Source: Bacteroidales bacterium
GTDB taxonomy: Bacteria > Bacteroidota > Bacteroidia > Bacteroidales > WCHB1-69
Direction of reading: 5' to 3'
DNA: 49,783 bases
Assembly: GCA_035403245.1 (NCBI GenBank)
Contig: DAONEU010000002.1
Span: forward strand, 1,642-51,424
Shown here: positions 48,501 through 49,783 of the stretch, piece by piece
Layout: every line of letters begins with the position of its first letter
Numbering within the stretch: position 1 is the stretch's first letter
Program-made: the position numbers and the translations under genes
The notes under the pieces: generated by a model
The model's database searches: none
Told to the model about the DNA's origin: nothing
The model's input: the letters and a program-made list of their open reading frames with translations, nothing else

Positions 48501-49783
48501 ATGAAGTTTTTTTCTTTTCTCTTTTTTCTATCTCTATCATTTTCAATGCTTGCTCAAAATTGGACTATAGGGAGTAAAATAAGTATTTGTAAAGGTGAAC
48601 AAATAACAATTACTTCACCTATCAATAACGCATCAAATTACTCATGGTCTACAGGTGATATTACACAGTCTATTACTGTATCGCCTGAATCAAGCACATT
48701 GTATATTGTAACAGTTCTTTTTAACGGTATTCAAAGTATTGACTCATCAACAGTTTTTGTGTTTTCTGTTGACGCTGGTTATAATGATACAATCTGTAAA
48801 GGAGATTCAGCTCATTTTATTGCCTCTGGTGGACAAATGTACGTTTGGTATCCAACGGAAGGATTACAAAATCCAAATGGACAATACAATTCAGTAAAAA
48901 CTGATACCAATGTAACTTACTATTGTGATATCACTTCAATTGGTCCCAATAATATTTTTAATGGAGATTTTGAATTAGGGAATGTTGGTTTTCTTAGTAA
49001 TTATTTATATAGCAATAATTTATGGAATGCAGCTACTTATGCAGTTGGTTTTTTCCCGAGTGACCATCACGCTAACTTTTCTTCTTGTGCTGATCATACC
49101 TCTGGAGCAGGTAAGCAAATGGTTGTAAATGGAGCTCCAAATCCCAATACTATGGTTTGGAAACAAACAATTGAGGTCGTTCCAAATACAAATTATATCT
49201 TTTCAAGTTGGGTTCAAAATGTGGGACCAGATGCCAATTTAGCTCAATTACAATTTAAAATAAATTCTAACTTAATTGGACCTGTCTTCGAATCCTCTAG
49301 TGTGATTTGCCAGTGGAGTAATTTCTATACTTTATGGAACTCAGGTTCAAATACTGTTGCTGAAATATCAATTGTAAATCAAAATGTAGGCGGAAGCGGA
49401 AATGACTTTTCTTTAGATGATATCTATTTTGCTGAAGTTAAAGTATGTACAGATTCTGTTCAGGTTATTGTAGATACTACTCAAATGACAATTGGAAATG
49501 ATACTACCATTTGTGAAGGACAATATTTTTTCCTTCAAACGGATGGCGTTTTTGATTCCTATTATTGGTCAACAGGATCAACCGCACCCTCAATTATGGT
49601 TTTAGTTCAAGATCAATATACCGTTACATGTTCTACTCCCTACCATTGTGAATTAACTGATACGGTTAACGTTTTCTTTAAACCTCAACCAAGATTGGAA
49701 TTAACTACAACTAAAAATCCTATTTGTGAAGGGGAAAATGTTCAAATCTTTGTTGAAAGTTCTACAACACCCCTCTTCTTATC
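48501..49783 (+). CDS. Large secreted adhesin-like protein (N-terminal part; runs off the right edge)
   Basis: My own translation: MKFFSFLFFLSLSFSMLAQ signal peptide; repeated C.G....L.A....Y.WSTG modules like those in the 26891 and 29874 proteins; a galactose-binding/CBM-like segment NGDFELGNVGF...GNDFSLDDIYF. The frame is open to position 49783. Confidence 0.75.
   Translation, partial: MKFFSFLFFLSLSFSMLAQNWTIGSKISICKGEQITITSPINNASNYSWSTGDITQSITVSPESSTLYIVTVLFNGIQSIDSSTVFVFSVDAGYNDTICKGDSAHFIASGGQMYVWYPTEGLQNPNGQYNSVKTDTNVTYYCDITSIGPNNIFNGDFELGNVGFLSNYLYSNNLWNAATYAVGFFPSDHHANFSSCADHTSGAGKQMVVNGAPNPNTMVWKQTIEVVPNTNYIFSSWVQNVGPDANLAQLQFKINSNLIGPVFESSSVICQWSNFYTLWNSGSNTVAEISIVNQNVGGSGNDFSLDDIYFAEVKVCTDSVQVIVDTTQMTIGNDTTICEGQYFFLQTDGVFDSYYWSTGSTAPSIMVLVQDQYTVTCSTPYHCELTDTVNVFFKPQPRLELTTTKNPICEGENVQIFVESSTTPLFL

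Overview
This is a low-G+C chromosomal segment that looks like Bacteroidota, probably Flavobacteriia-like. Three things support that: type A and type B T9SS C-terminal sorting domains, TAnnTTTG -7 promoter boxes in front of most transcription units, and no Shine-Dalgarno signals.

Positions 1-19249 form one tightly packed minus-strand operon with stop/start overlaps. It encodes a flexirubin-type aryl-polyene pigment/lipid pathway:
- an aromatic amino acid ammonia-lyase with an Ala-Ser-Gly MIO motif
- FabG
- three Cys-His-His ketosynthases, one Cys-less CLF-like KS and a truncated KS-like protein
- two ACPs, hotdog dehydratases and a thioesterase
- LpxL-like and PlsC-like acyltransferases
- a GT2, a LolA-like protein and an MMPL-like exporter
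- an FAD oxidoreductase and two B12-binding radical SAM enzymes

The rest of the window is mostly housekeeping genes: tsaE, nadE, dapD, rpoD, asnS, rpoN, prmC, rpsA, pckA, ferritin and tRNA-Ser(UGA). Interspersed with them are T9SS cargo genes: M1 and M6 metallopeptidases, a tandem pair of about 940-aa CUB-like/P-domain/PKD surface proteins, and a partial adhesin-like gene at the right edge. I found no transposase, integrase, CRISPR array or rRNA.

Two things are not explained by ordinary annotation:
1. A roughly 245-bp, strongly G+C-rich, non-coding element at 45354-45598 that folds into several helices. It sits between the rpsA and pckA terminators, and I could not assign it to RNase P, tmRNA, SRP or any riboswitch.
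2. A family of G-poor heptanucleotide tandem arrays (CTCTTCA type, plus TTTTTAC, GGTTCAR and an 8-mer TGTGCTCR). These fill the convergent intergenic gaps after both secreted peptidase genes and also abut the G+C-rich element.

All functional calls come from motif recognition by eye; no database search was run.
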